Below are positions 8,601 to 16,556 of a DNA stretch of 64,000 nt, in pieces (within the stretch, counting starts at the first letter, position 1; each line of letters begins with the position of its first letter). The notes under the pieces are model-generated. The model searched no databases. It had not been told where the DNA came from and saw nothing but the letters and a program-made list of their open reading frames with translations. Source of the DNA: an uncultured Gammaproteobacteria bacterium (lineage in GTDB: Bacteria > Patescibacteriota > Microgenomatia > UBA8517); assembly GCA_964583685.1 (NCBI GenBank), contig CAZOVJ010000001.1:196033-260032 (forward strand), written 5' to 3'. Made by a program: the position numbers and the translations under genes.

Positions 8601-9303
8601 AATATTTAACCACCTCCTCTAATACAATTTCTCTGGCCTCTTCATAAACTTCTGGTATTTCTTTCTCCCTTGCGTCAATGACCCTGATTCTGTCCGGGAA
8701 CAGCTGAATTAATCTGTGGTATTGTAGGGCTACTTTCACCTGAGTATCCATAACTTCGTATTTGGAAAGCACCTTAACATCTTTGGCTCTTTCCATCGCC
8801 AGTGCAGGGTCATTATCAATAAGCAAGGTCAAATTTGGAAAAGATAGTAATCCCCGATCAACCAGATTTTGGTTTAGCCCTGTCAAGAATTTCAAGGTAG
8901 GCTCCTCACCACCAAAGTATTTGGCCAATCTTACACTTTGATAAGCAAACCAACTGTCAAGAAAACGATCGGTAATAACAACTACTCCCTTTTGCAGTTT
9001 TGGCAAAATGAGCTTTTCATAATTATCTAATCGAGCTGTCAGGAGAAGGAAGGCCTCGGATATGTGAGTCAAATTCTCACCTCTTTCAAAATGTTCCTGA
9101 AATCTGTCCCAAGGGGAAAGTCCGTAAGGCGGGTCGCGAGTTAAAGCGACATCAAAACCTCTATCAAGAAGGTCCTTTCTTAACCAACGAGCAACAGGAG
9201 TTTTCCCTGTGAAGTCTATACCCTCTAGGCTTGTAAACATCCCAAATTTTCTCTCTGTGTCCGGCATTTCAGCTAATATATACTTAGGCACCCTATAAGT
9301 CAA
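8593..9303 (-). CDS. tmk: thymidylate kinase family protein
   Basis: LEGIDFTGKT P-loop, TRDP, DRFLDSWFAYQ. Confidence 0.85.
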   Translation of the reverse strand: MTYRVPKYILAEMPDTERKFGMFTSLEGIDFTGKTPVARWLRKDLLDRGFDVALTRDPPYGLSPWDRFQEHFERGENLTHISEAFLLLTARLDNYEKLILPKLQKGVVVITDRFLDSWFAYQSVRLAKYFGGEEPTLKFLTGLNQNLVDRGLLSFPNLTLLIDNDPALAMERAKDVKVLSKYEVMDTQVKVALQYHRLIQLFPDRIRVIDAREKEIPEVYEEAREIVLEEVVKYYD

Positions 9304-9590
9304 ATTAAGCCTGCAGTTTCTTTTTCTATTATATTTTAGTAAAATATACTTACCGTTAGGTAAAAAGTTTGCAAAGCAAACTTATCTGCTCGGCAAAGCC
9401 GAGTCAATTGCACGCGAAGATAATTAGCGGAGACTTCGCTCAGCGGGACCGGAGCTATACAATATGGTGGCTGCCGCTATTCAGCCGCCATACCTTTGAA
9501 GTAAGTTCGAATTTCGCAATATAACGTGCACTTTATTTTTTCTCTTGAATATTTTTTTCTTTATATGGTATTTTGTTATAAGGTCTTCTT

Positions 9591-11219
9591 GTGAAATTTA
9601 TTTTTATTAGTGGTGGCGTACTCTCGGGGTTGGGCAAGGGAATTGTCAGTGCTTCTATCGGTCTTCTTCTGAAATCTCAGGGTTTCAAAGTAACGGCAAT
9701 CAAAATTGATCCCTATGTTAGCGTTGATGCTGGAACAATGCGGCCGGCTGAGCACGGAGAGGTATTTGTTACCAAGGATGGAGGCGAACTTGATCAAGAC
9801 ATTGGCCATTATGAAAGATTTTTAAACATCGAGCTTAGCCGGGATAACAATATTACTACCGGCAAGGTCTTTCAAGATGTCATTGATAAAGAACGGCATT
9901 TTTTCTATCAAGGGAGAGATGCGGAGATGATTCCCGATGTTATCAATCAAATTAAAAAGATGATTTATAAACCGTCCAAGGGTTTTGATTTTAGTGTTGT
10001 GGAAATCGGTGGCACGACCGGAGATTTGGAAAACATGCCCTTTCTTCACGCGGCCCGAGAGATAGGTAGAGAATTCCCGGCTGTATATATTATGGTGACC
10101 TACCTCCCTTTTCTCAAGAATATTGGCGAACTGAAAACAAAACCCACCCAGCATGCAGTTGCCCGGCTTCGGGAGATAGGAATTGTGCCTGACTTTATTG
10201 TTACTAGGAATGAGATTCCCATTGATAAGCCCCGAATTGAAACAATTGCTAAAAGGTGTTTTATTTCAGAAGAGAACATTATTGATGATCCGGATATTGA
10301 GATTGTTTATAAAGTTCCCTTGATATTTGAGGAGAAAAAATTTGCCGATAAAATTTTGAGAAAATTTGCTATTAAAAAAACTGGAAAGAAGGATCTTCGG
10401 GATTGGAAACGCTTTGTCAGTCGTTTGGAAAAACCTAAAAAAGAAATCCATCTTGCTTTGGTTGGTAAGTATGTTACCCATGGCAGCAACAAACATAAAG
10501 ATGTTTATATTTCGGTTTTGGAAGCCATCAATCATGCGGCCGCTTTTCATGGTTTAAAAGTGAAGATTCTTGCCATTGATTCAGAAAAAATTGAAAAATT
10601 AAGCCAGAAAAAATTGTCTGAAAGACTTAAAGAGGTTGAAGGTATTGTTGTACCCCAGGGTTGGGGTAGCCGAGGGGTGGAAGGGAAAATTCGGGCCATT
10701 CGTTATGCCAGAGAAAATAAAATTCCCTATCTCGGACTCTGTTTTGGTATGCAGATGGCAACAATTGAATTTGCCAGGAATGTTCTCGGCTTAAAATCTG
10801 CTAATTCTACTGAAGTTAATCCAAGAACAAAACATCAGGTCATTCATGTTATGCCTAAACAGAAAGAATATCTGGCTAAAAAACAATACGGCGGGACGAT
10901 TAGAGTTGGCGCCTGGCCCTGCAAACTAAAAAAAGGGACGAAACTGGAAGCTGTTTATAAAAAATTTGGCCAACGGTCAAGCTTGATTTATGAACGACAT
11001 AGGCACCGCTATGAGTTCAATAATAAATACAAGAAGAATTTTGAGAAATTTGGCTTTGTCTTTTCCGGTACCTCGCCTGATGGAAAACTGGTTGAGGCAA
11101 TAGAGCTTAAAGATCACCCTTTCTTTATCGCTACCCAATTTCATCCAGAATATCTGAGCCGACCTTTAGTTCCCCACCCTATTTTTCTCTCTTTTCTGGA
11201 ATCCATGCTTAGCGGTTGA
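9591..11219 (+). CDS. pyrG: CTP synthase
   Basis: GGVLSGLGKG, KIDPY, GELKTKPTQH, GLCFGMQ, ERHRHRYE, QFHPE. Confidence 0.97.
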   Translation: MKFIFISGGVLSGLGKGIVSASIGLLLKSQGFKVTAIKIDPYVSVDAGTMRPAEHGEVFVTKDGGELDQDIGHYERFLNIELSRDNNITTGKVFQDVIDKERHFFYQGRDAEMIPDVINQIKKMIYKPSKGFDFSVVEIGGTTGDLENMPFLHAAREIGREFPAVYIMVTYLPFLKNIGELKTKPTQHAVARLREIGIVPDFIVTRNEIPIDKPRIETIAKRCFISEENIIDDPDIEIVYKVPLIFEEKKFADKILRKFAIKKTGKKDLRDWKRFVSRLEKPKKEIHLALVGKYVTHGSNKHKDVYISVLEAINHAAAFHGLKVKILAIDSEKIEKLSQKKLSERLKEVEGIVVPQGWGSRGVEGKIRAIRYARENKIPYLGLCFGMQMATIEFARNVLGLKSANSTEVNPRTKHQVIHVMPKQKEYLAKKQYGGTIRVGAWPCKLKKGTKLEAVYKKFGQRSSLIYERHRHRYEFNNKYKKNFEKFGFVFSGTSPDGKLVEAIELKDHPFFIATQFHPEYLSRPLVPHPIFLSFLESMLSG

Positions 11220-11263
11220 TTTGGTTTGATACTGAACCCCAAAAAATAGTAAAATATACATAA

Positions 11264-11351
11264 GCCGAGGTGCTGGAATGGTAGACAGGACAGACTTAAA
11301 ATCTGTTGTCGCAATTGCGACGTGAGGGTTCGACTCCCTCCCTCGGCACCA
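11264..11351 (+). tRNA. tRNA-Leu(TAA)
   Basis: ACAGA-CTTAAAA-TCTGT; long variable arm; CCA. Confidence 0.95.
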
Positions 11352-11427
11352 CGGGGTGTAGCTCAGTTGGCAGAGTGCGCGCTTTGGGAGCGTGAGGTCC
11401 CCGGTTCGAGTCCGGGCACCCCGACCA
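11352..11427 (+). tRNA. tRNA-Pro(TGG)
   Basis: CGGGGTG...CACCCCGACCA; loop TTTGGGA. Confidence 0.95.
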
Positions 11428-11431
11428 AATT

Positions 11432-12322
11432 TCAAGAGCCAATTTCTACTGCAATACGAAATCCTACTTCTGGGTACGATTGGTTGGCATATTTCAAAAG
11501 GACGTGGGCAGCACCACCGTCGTATAAATTGCCAACCATGAAACGTAGAGAACTACGGACCTCATGGCGACATTCAGTATTTGTCCATTCGTAGGTGTTA
11601 GTTTTTCCCCAACCAAAACGATTGGCAAGTAGATTCCACGGCAAAATATCCAACAAGTGAACATCACCTTTTACCAATCCTACATCAGAAAGAAATTTCT
11701 GTTTGGCTTCATCAATTGCTGCCTTAATGTCGTTCCAAGAAACATTGAATCTGTCATCAATTCCCAGTCTTTTCCCAAAATTAGTTTCTTGGTATTTCTC
11801 TCCATGTGATGGCTTTTCTAATGTCTCAACCGCAAGCCACTGACCAGGCCGCCTAGGAAAGTCAGCCCAGTCCCCTTGTACCTTTTCCCAGTAGAACATT
11901 TCCAAGTTTCTGTAAATCTGGTATTTATTCTTTTCACTCTCTGACAAACTCTCAAACCGCTTCCAGTTAGGGTATTTTGCAGTAAGCCTTCTTAGATATT
12001 GCGTTAGGTTTTCTCTTCCTAATTGGTAAGGGTCAAGGTCTAAAGGAGGTAAGAAAACAAGAGTAAAGCCTTCCTCTTCTAGTTTCTGCTTTACTTCTTG
12101 GGTAATTTCAGTTGGAAGAGGAGGAATGGTAAAATTTACACCCAGTACCCGCTTCCAAGCTTCTTGTTCTACCATAATTAAGTCTGCCTCAAACTCTTTT
12201 AATTCTGGCTCTCTTGTCTCTCTTTCTGCTAAAAGCTCTTCTAACTTCCTTGAAGCAGGAATCTCTCTTTTCCCGAAAGGATCAAGTCTTGCTACTTCAT
12301 CTGGTGGTATTTTTTCAGCCAT
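11432..12322 (-). CDS. paralog 1: C-type-lectin/FGE-like protein with variable C-terminus
   Basis: C-terminal TYEWT...GGAAHV...VGFRIAV signature; similar to three neighbouring genes. Confidence 0.75.
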   Translation of the reverse strand: MAEKIPPDEVARLDPFGKREIPASRKLEELLAERETREPELKEFEADLIMVEQEAWKRVLGVNFTIPPLPTEITQEVKQKLEEEGFTLVFLPPLDLDPYQLGRENLTQYLRRLTAKYPNWKRFESLSESEKNKYQIYRNLEMFYWEKVQGDWADFPRRPGQWLAVETLEKPSHGEKYQETNFGKRLGIDDRFNVSWNDIKAAIDEAKQKFLSDVGLVKGDVHLLDILPWNLLANRFGWGKTNTYEWTNTECRHEVRSSLRFMVGNLYDGGAAHVLLKYANQSYPEVGFRIAVEIGS

Positions 12323-12334
12323 AAATCCAATATT

Positions 12335-13018
12335 TCAAGAACCAATTTCTACTGCAACACGAAATCCTATACTAGCAAAGGAATAATTAGATATTTTCCC
12401 AGAAACGTAGGCAGCACCACCACTCTCAAAATCACCAATAGTAAGATGCAAAAGACGTCGTGGATATCTGGTATTGGTCCATTCGGAAGAATTAGTCTTT
12501 CCCCACCCTTCGCGATTTGCCAACAAGTTCCATTCAAGTGCTTCCAGAAGTCTAATGTCTGCTTGGCCAGAAAGACCTATTTCAGAAAGAATACTTTGCT
12601 TCCTATCCTCTATTGCCCTGTTTACATCGTCCCCGGAAACATTAAATCTATCAGAAAACCCTAGTCTGTTTGTCAATGGTGAATGGGGGTATTTCCCCCC
12701 CCCAGCTCCTTTTTCCCGAAGTGCTAAAGCATCTAATTCAAGGGCTGGTATGAATCGTAACTCAAGACCCAAGTTTTTCAGATTAGCTATCACTTCAGGT
12801 GTTATGCCCTCTGGTAGACGTTTAACTTCAATCTCACTTCCCAAAACCTTTAGCCATTCATTTCTCTCGAAGGTAATGATTTCTGACATCTGGGCTTCTG
12901 GTTCTCCTGTTCCTCTTCCTGCTGCCAAAAGCTCTTCTAGCTCCCTTGAAGCAGGGATTCCTCTCACCTTGAAAGGATCAAGGCTTGCTACTTTATCTGG
13001 TGATAGTTTTTCAGTCAT
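12335..13018 (-). CDS. paralog 2: CLec/FGE-like protein with internal deletion
   Basis: SSEWT...GGAAYV...IGFRVAV; lacks about 65 aa relative to paralog 4. Confidence 0.7.
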   Translation of the reverse strand: MTEKLSPDKVASLDPFKVRGIPASRELEELLAAGRGTGEPEAQMSEIITFERNEWLKVLGSEIEVKRLPEGITPEVIANLKNLGLELRFIPALELDALALREKGAGGGKYPHSPLTNRLGFSDRFNVSGDDVNRAIEDRKQSILSEIGLSGQADIRLLEALEWNLLANREGWGKTNSSEWTNTRYPRRLLHLTIGDFESGGAAYVSGKISNYSFASIGFRVAVEIGS

Positions 13019-13030
13019 AAATCCAATATT

Positions 13031-13861
13031 TCAAGAACTAATTTCTACTGTAATGCGAAACCCAACGCGGCCTCGACAAAGCCAATGGAGAAAGGTAGTA
13101 TCTCCGATGGCAGAGCAGCCAGCGACGAGACGAGAAGGGATAGCAGATGATACACGGTGTTCTGTATTGGTCCACTCATAAGTATCGGTTCCGCTCCACC
13201 CTTCACGATTCGCCAGCAAATTCCATTCTAAAACATTCAAAAATCTAACATTACTTAGCCCCAGTCCCATATCAAGAAGGAACTTAGATTTAGCTTTCTC
13301 TATAGCCGTTTCAACGTCATACCAAGAAACATTGAACCTGTTATCAAATCCCAATCTTCGGTCAAATGCAGTTTTTTGGTATTTTTCGTCTTTATTTGGT
13401 GGTGGAAGAGTCTCAACTGCAGCCCAAGAATGGGGCAAGGTTGGAAAATTAATATAACCGTTCTTTACCTTTCTCCAAAACCATTTTCTTAAGTTTCTAC
13501 TCCAGTTAGGGTATTTTGCAGTAAGCCTTCTTAGATATTGCGTTATGCTTTCTTTTTCTAATTGGTGAGGTTCAAGGTCTAAAGATGGTAAGAAGACAAG
13601 AGTAAAGCCTTCCTCTTCTAGTCTCTGCTTTACCTCTTGGGTAATTTCAGTTGGAGGAGAAGGAATGTTCAAATCTACTCCCAGGACCCGCTTCCAAACT
13701 TCTTGCTCTACCTTAATTAAGTCTGCCTCAAACTCTCTTAATTCTAGCTCACTAGGTTTATTTTCAGCTAAAAGCTCTTCTAACTCCCTTGAAGCAGGGA
13801 TTCCTCTCACCTTGAAAGGATCAAGGCTTGCTACTTTATCTGGTGATAGTTTTTCAGTCAT
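13031..13861 (-). CDS. paralog 3: CLec/FGE-like protein
   Basis: TYEWT...VGFRITV; N-terminus identical to paralog 2. Confidence 0.75.
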   Translation of the reverse strand: MTEKLSPDKVASLDPFKVRGIPASRELEELLAENKPSELELREFEADLIKVEQEVWKRVLGVDLNIPSPPTEITQEVKQRLEEEGFTLVFLPSLDLEPHQLEKESITQYLRRLTAKYPNWSRNLRKWFWRKVKNGYINFPTLPHSWAAVETLPPPNKDEKYQKTAFDRRLGFDNRFNVSWYDVETAIEKAKSKFLLDMGLGLSNVRFLNVLEWNLLANREGWSGTDTYEWTNTEHRVSSAIPSRLVAGCSAIGDTTFLHWLCRGRVGFRITVEISS

Positions 13862-13871
13862 ATCAATGTGA

Positions 13872-15674
13872 TTATAATTCTTTAGTAAATTCCCTCAAGA
13901 GCTCAGCTAAGATTTCTGGTAATTGATTTACTTTGTCACAAACTTTGCTCTCGGGTGAATAGGTGTTTTCAATTGCTCGAGCGTGACGAGTGATTCCAAC
14001 ACCAACAACAGTAACACCCATCTGCCGCAACTTTACTAACTCTTCTTGAACCCGATCGGGATTGCTGCTTATGCCATCAGAAAAAACAATGACTGCCTTT
14101 TTAAGTTCACCAGCAGCCAATCTCCTTTGTTTCTCTTGATCGGTATCTTCGCGGATTGCTTCTAAAGATTCATAGTCCCATGTTGCTAAACCTGGAGCGC
14201 TAGCTAGATTCTTAAAGACTTCAATTCGTGTTATTTCCTTAAGTTCAGAAGATAAAGGTTTTAACTCAATCTCAAAATTTCCAAATCCTCTGACTTCACT
14301 TTTAACCCCAAGTTCTACCATCTCTTCCCGATGTGTCTCAGCAAGTTGATGGAAATCTTTAAGTGCTTCAAGGAAAAGAATCACACAGTGACGCTCTTCG
14401 ACAAGTTTTTCTCTTGGCATTTCCATTGAACAGGAAAGATCACAAACTAGAGTAACCTCAAATCCACCTGGAGCAACTACTTCAACCGGCCTTTTTTGGT
14501 AATCCAGCCAAACAGGAGAATCGGAAATTCCCACATCGGCATCTAATTTCGCTTGAGATAAAAGTCCGGGGTCGATAACCGCTCCTTCTCTCCGGCGCGC
14601 CCTGAGCCGTCTTTTATACTCAATCCTCCGACTAATAACCTTTTCAAAAACTTTCCTTAAATATTCTATATAAGGCTTAATGGTTATATACTCTCCATAA
14701 TATCCTTGAATGTCTTCCCAGGACACTCCGTGTTCAAGCTCGTAGGCACGGCGGTCAAGCTCTTCTGGTCCGGCCCCGCGAGCAACTTGATCTTCAAATT
14801 CTCTAATTAACTCTTCTTGGAGCTCACCCGCCATAGGATGGGGCAAGCGATTTTCTTCCTTTTCATACTCTTGACGAAAGCCTTCTTCATTAGGAGCTAA
14901 TTTAAGCTTTCCTTTACTTTTCTCTACCTCTCCTTCGCCTTCTCCTCTAACTTCGACTTCCTCCCCTTCCTTTTCTTGTTTTTTCTCTCCTTGTTTTTTC
15001 CTTTCTTTAAGGTCCTCTTGGAACAGCTCTTCAAAAATTGGTTCAATGAAAAGCCTAATTGCTTTAAGCCGAATGGCAGGCTCAACCCCGGGCTGAGCAA
15101 TCAATTCAAGCAGGTTCTTTCCTTTGATATCCTTCAACCCTTCTATCTCTTGCCTTACTTGCGTATCAATTCTAACTTTTTCTTCTGGCAACATTGCCTC
15201 GCGAAGAATAGCGTGAGCGAACTGAAGATGACGGGGGTGTTGGGTGTAATCGGTTTCTGGGAAAAGACGCTGGCGATATAAATTCCTGATGGTCTCACGG
15301 TGAACGGGCGCTCTATTACCTAGAGTTCTATTAATTAAAGTGTCCTGAAGGCAATTGTGTAAGATTTGATAGCGGAATCCTAAGATCTCTCTTCGATCAA
15401 ATTCCTTTCGGTAAAGTGAGGGAGAGCGGCGGAATTCTCGTAATTCCTCAAGTTCATGAAGGGTGGCGGACATTGCTTGAGAACGACTAAATCCTTTATC
15501 AATAAAAAACTGAGGATCATAAAAAATTGTTCCGGTTTCGAGATCGAATCCCCACTGATTACCTGGCACAATTTGTAAACCAGTAACTTGAGCATAACCG
15601 GCCAGTAACGATTGTTCTTGTGCAAAAAAGTCTTCAGCTTCCTCTCTTTTTCGTCCTTTTTGTTCAGTTGACAT
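13872..15674 (-). CDS. vWA (MIDAS) domain protein with N-terminal metallopeptidase-like region
   Basis: DLSCS MIDAS, T..D, VFSDG, VVGVGI; N-terminal LHELEE and HNCLQD; acidic linker. Confidence 0.85.
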   Translation of the reverse strand: MSTEQKGRKREEAEDFFAQEQSLLAGYAQVTGLQIVPGNQWGFDLETGTIFYDPQFFIDKGFSRSQAMSATLHELEELREFRRSPSLYRKEFDRREILGFRYQILHNCLQDTLINRTLGNRAPVHRETIRNLYRQRLFPETDYTQHPRHLQFAHAILREAMLPEEKVRIDTQVRQEIEGLKDIKGKNLLELIAQPGVEPAIRLKAIRLFIEPIFEELFQEDLKERKKQGEKKQEKEGEEVEVRGEGEGEVEKSKGKLKLAPNEEGFRQEYEKEENRLPHPMAGELQEELIREFEDQVARGAGPEELDRRAYELEHGVSWEDIQGYYGEYITIKPYIEYLRKVFEKVISRRIEYKRRLRARRREGAVIDPGLLSQAKLDADVGISDSPVWLDYQKRPVEVVAPGGFEVTLVCDLSCSMEMPREKLVEERHCVILFLEALKDFHQLAETHREEMVELGVKSEVRGFGNFEIELKPLSSELKEITRIEVFKNLASAPGLATWDYESLEAIREDTDQEKQRRLAAGELKKAVIVFSDGISSNPDRVQEELVKLRQMGVTVVGVGITRHARAIENTYSPESKVCDKVNQLPEILAELLREFTKEL

Positions 15675-16554
15675 GTTTAAAAACTACTGCAACACGAAAT
15701 CCGATATTGAAATTGAAAGAGGAGTAATCAGATCTTTCCCAAATAACGTGGGCCGCACCACCGTACTTAAAATTACCAACAAAGAGATGGCAGTTGACGT
15801 CGAGCGGTCGATATTCGGTATTGGTCCATTCGGAAGAATTAGTCTTCCCCCACCCTTCACGATTTGCCAACAAATTCCATTCAAGTGCTTCCAGAAGTCT
15901 AATATCTCCATGGCCGGAAAGACCTATTTCAGAAAGAATACTTTGCTTCGTATTCCATATTGCCCTGGTTACTTCATCCCAGGAAAGGTTGAATCTGTCA
16001 GAAAATCCTAGTCTGTCTGTCAATGGTGAACGGGGAAATTCCCTTCCCCATGCTGGTTTTTCCAGTGTCTCAACAGCCAGCCATTGACCGGGAAGCTCGG
16101 GGAAATCTATATTCCCTACTTGCTTCCAAAACCAATGATGTAAATTTCTAACAACAGTGTGGTTTGATTTTTCTCTCTCATTTAGAGATTCATATGGTTT
16201 CCAGTTAGGGTACTTTTCAGCAAGTTCTTTCAAGAAAACCACAACTCCTTTTTCCCGAAGTGCTAAAGCATCTAAGTCAAGTGCTGGTATGAACCTCAAT
16301 TCAAAACCAAATCTTTCCAAATTTCTCATCACCTCTTGAATTACAAATGATGGTAAAGGTAGAACTTCAACTTCACTTCCCAAAACCTTTAGCCATTCAT
16401 TTCTCTCGAAGGTAATGATTTCTGACATCTGGGCTTCTGGTTCTCCTGTTCCTCTTCCTGCTGCTAAAAGCTCTTCTAATTCTCTTGAAGCAGGAATCCC
16501 TTTCCCAAAAGGATCAAGAAGTGCTACTTTATTTGGTGGTATTTTTTCAGTCAC
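15664..16554 (-). CDS. paralog 4: CLec/FGE-like protein
   Basis: SSEWT...GGAAHV...IGFRVAV; lies between MoxR and vWA. Confidence 0.75.
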   Translation of the reverse strand: MTEKIPPNKVALLDPFGKGIPASRELEELLAAGRGTGEPEAQMSEIITFERNEWLKVLGSEVEVLPLPSFVIQEVMRNLERFGFELRFIPALDLDALALREKGVVVFLKELAEKYPNWKPYESLNEREKSNHTVVRNLHHWFWKQVGNIDFPELPGQWLAVETLEKPAWGREFPRSPLTDRLGFSDRFNLSWDEVTRAIWNTKQSILSEIGLSGHGDIRLLEALEWNLLANREGWGKTNSSEWTNTEYRPLDVNCHLFVGNFKYGGAAHVIWERSDYSSFNFNIGFRVAVVFKHVN

Positions 16555-16556
16555 AG

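Larger units (their letters stand above)
6990..9531. mobile_element. putative integrated cargo island at the tRNA-Arg 3' end
   Basis: tRNA end GTTC-12nt-GTGCAC is echoed at 9505-9531 as GTTC-17nt-GTGCAC. Confidence 0.55.
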
